Source: Anthoceros angustus (taxonomy: Eukaryota; Plantae; Anthocerotophyta). From it: a stretch of DNA of 64,000 nucleotides. The stretch is from contig MU008177.1 in the NCBI GenBank assembly GCA_010909165.1, positions 806,001-870,000 on the forward strand. The letters run 5' to 3'. Positions within the stretch are counted from its first letter, which is position 1. Each line of letters begins with the position of its first letter. This document shows, piece by piece, positions 63,353-64,000 of this stretch. The position numbers were made by a program, and so were the translations under genes. Below the pieces are notes generated by a model, which made no database searches, was not told the DNA's origin, and saw only the letters and a list, made by a program, of their open reading frames with translations.

Positions 63353-64000
63353 ATGGCTGCTGGCTACTGGCACGGGATTTCCGCCCTCCTGGTCGTGTTT
63401 TGTACCTGTGTAGTGGTTGCAGAGCAGATGGTAGTGGTCTCTGCTGATGAGCCGGTGGATTTGTGTTCTGCTATAGTGCTTGGCTATGGCTACCCTTGCC
63501 AGGAGTATACGGTAGGCATTCCGTTTTCGTGCAATGGCGAGGGTCGCTTCTCATTTCCGTGTCTACGTACCCATGTGAGACAGATCATGGTGTCCTGACT
63601 CTGCTGGCAGGCGTTTCGCAGGTTCCCACGGAGGATGGGTTCCTCCTTGGTGTTCAACGCATACCCTACGGTCGTGCTGGGTTGGATCTCAAAGTCGAGG
63701 CCAGGAAACCTGTGTTCTTGCAACATGGGTTGCTTCAGGTTGGACAAACTTTTTGATCTTCAGTATGTTCCTCCTACTTGTTTCCTGCAAATCACTGAGT
63801 TCCTTTGGATGGCTGAATGACAGGCTGGTGATACATGGCTTCTCAATGAACCGGATCAGTCTTTAGGTTTTATCCTGGCCGACGAGGGATTCGATGTCTG
63901 GATCGGCAGTGTTCGGGGTACTCGGTGGAGCCATGGTCACATGTCCTTGCTCTCAGGCGATCAGGCATGTCTACCAGCACACCAATTTTATTTTCTGCTT
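63353..64000 (+). CDS. Triacylglycerol lipase (LIP1/MPL1-like acid lipase), 5' exons only
   Basis: Signal peptide; GYPCQEYT/VPTEDGFLLGVQRIP...PVFLQHGLLQ/AGDTWLLNEPDQSLGFILADEGFDVWIGSVRGTRWSHGH. Confidence 0.92.

Overview
Eukaryotic nuclear DNA from a gene-dense, short-intron (mostly about 70-250 nt) seed-free land plant, most likely a hornwort. This is inferred from a DYW:KP PPR, LL-type PPR motifs, a plastid peptidoglycan gene and a bryophyte-type germin. Genes in order: an unknown coiled-coil protein (truncated), plastid RbfA, plastid MurD, an intronless UGPase, SAP30-like AFR, adenosine kinase, MenA/ABC4, a cyanobacterial HhoA-like Deg protease, RMND5/GID2, a PLS-E+ PPR, a subtilase, a PLS-DYW:KP PPR (candidate U-to-C RNA editor), a second PLS-E+ PPR, a germin-like protein, a divergent secreted DPBB/EG45-like gene with a pseudogenised paralog, and a TAG lipase (truncated). 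AT-rich islands at about 11.8-17 kb, 44-47.7 kb and 56.2-62.6 kb hold RLE/CRE-like non-LTR retroposon ends, copia and LINE relics, a TIR element, a 67-bp satellite and scrambled gene relics. Most notable: (1) a local duplication that separated an ancestrally overlapping rbfA/murD tail-to-tail pair; (2) a candidate new MIRNA hairpin with an intron in its loop; (3) the DYW:KP editor ending in DRI; (4) a retroposon with a TSD and a snap-back 5' junction; (5) the AT-rich orphan DPBB-like family. Exon boundaries were placed by eye from GT-AG sites and frame continuity, and family assignments rest on recalled motifs, not database searches.
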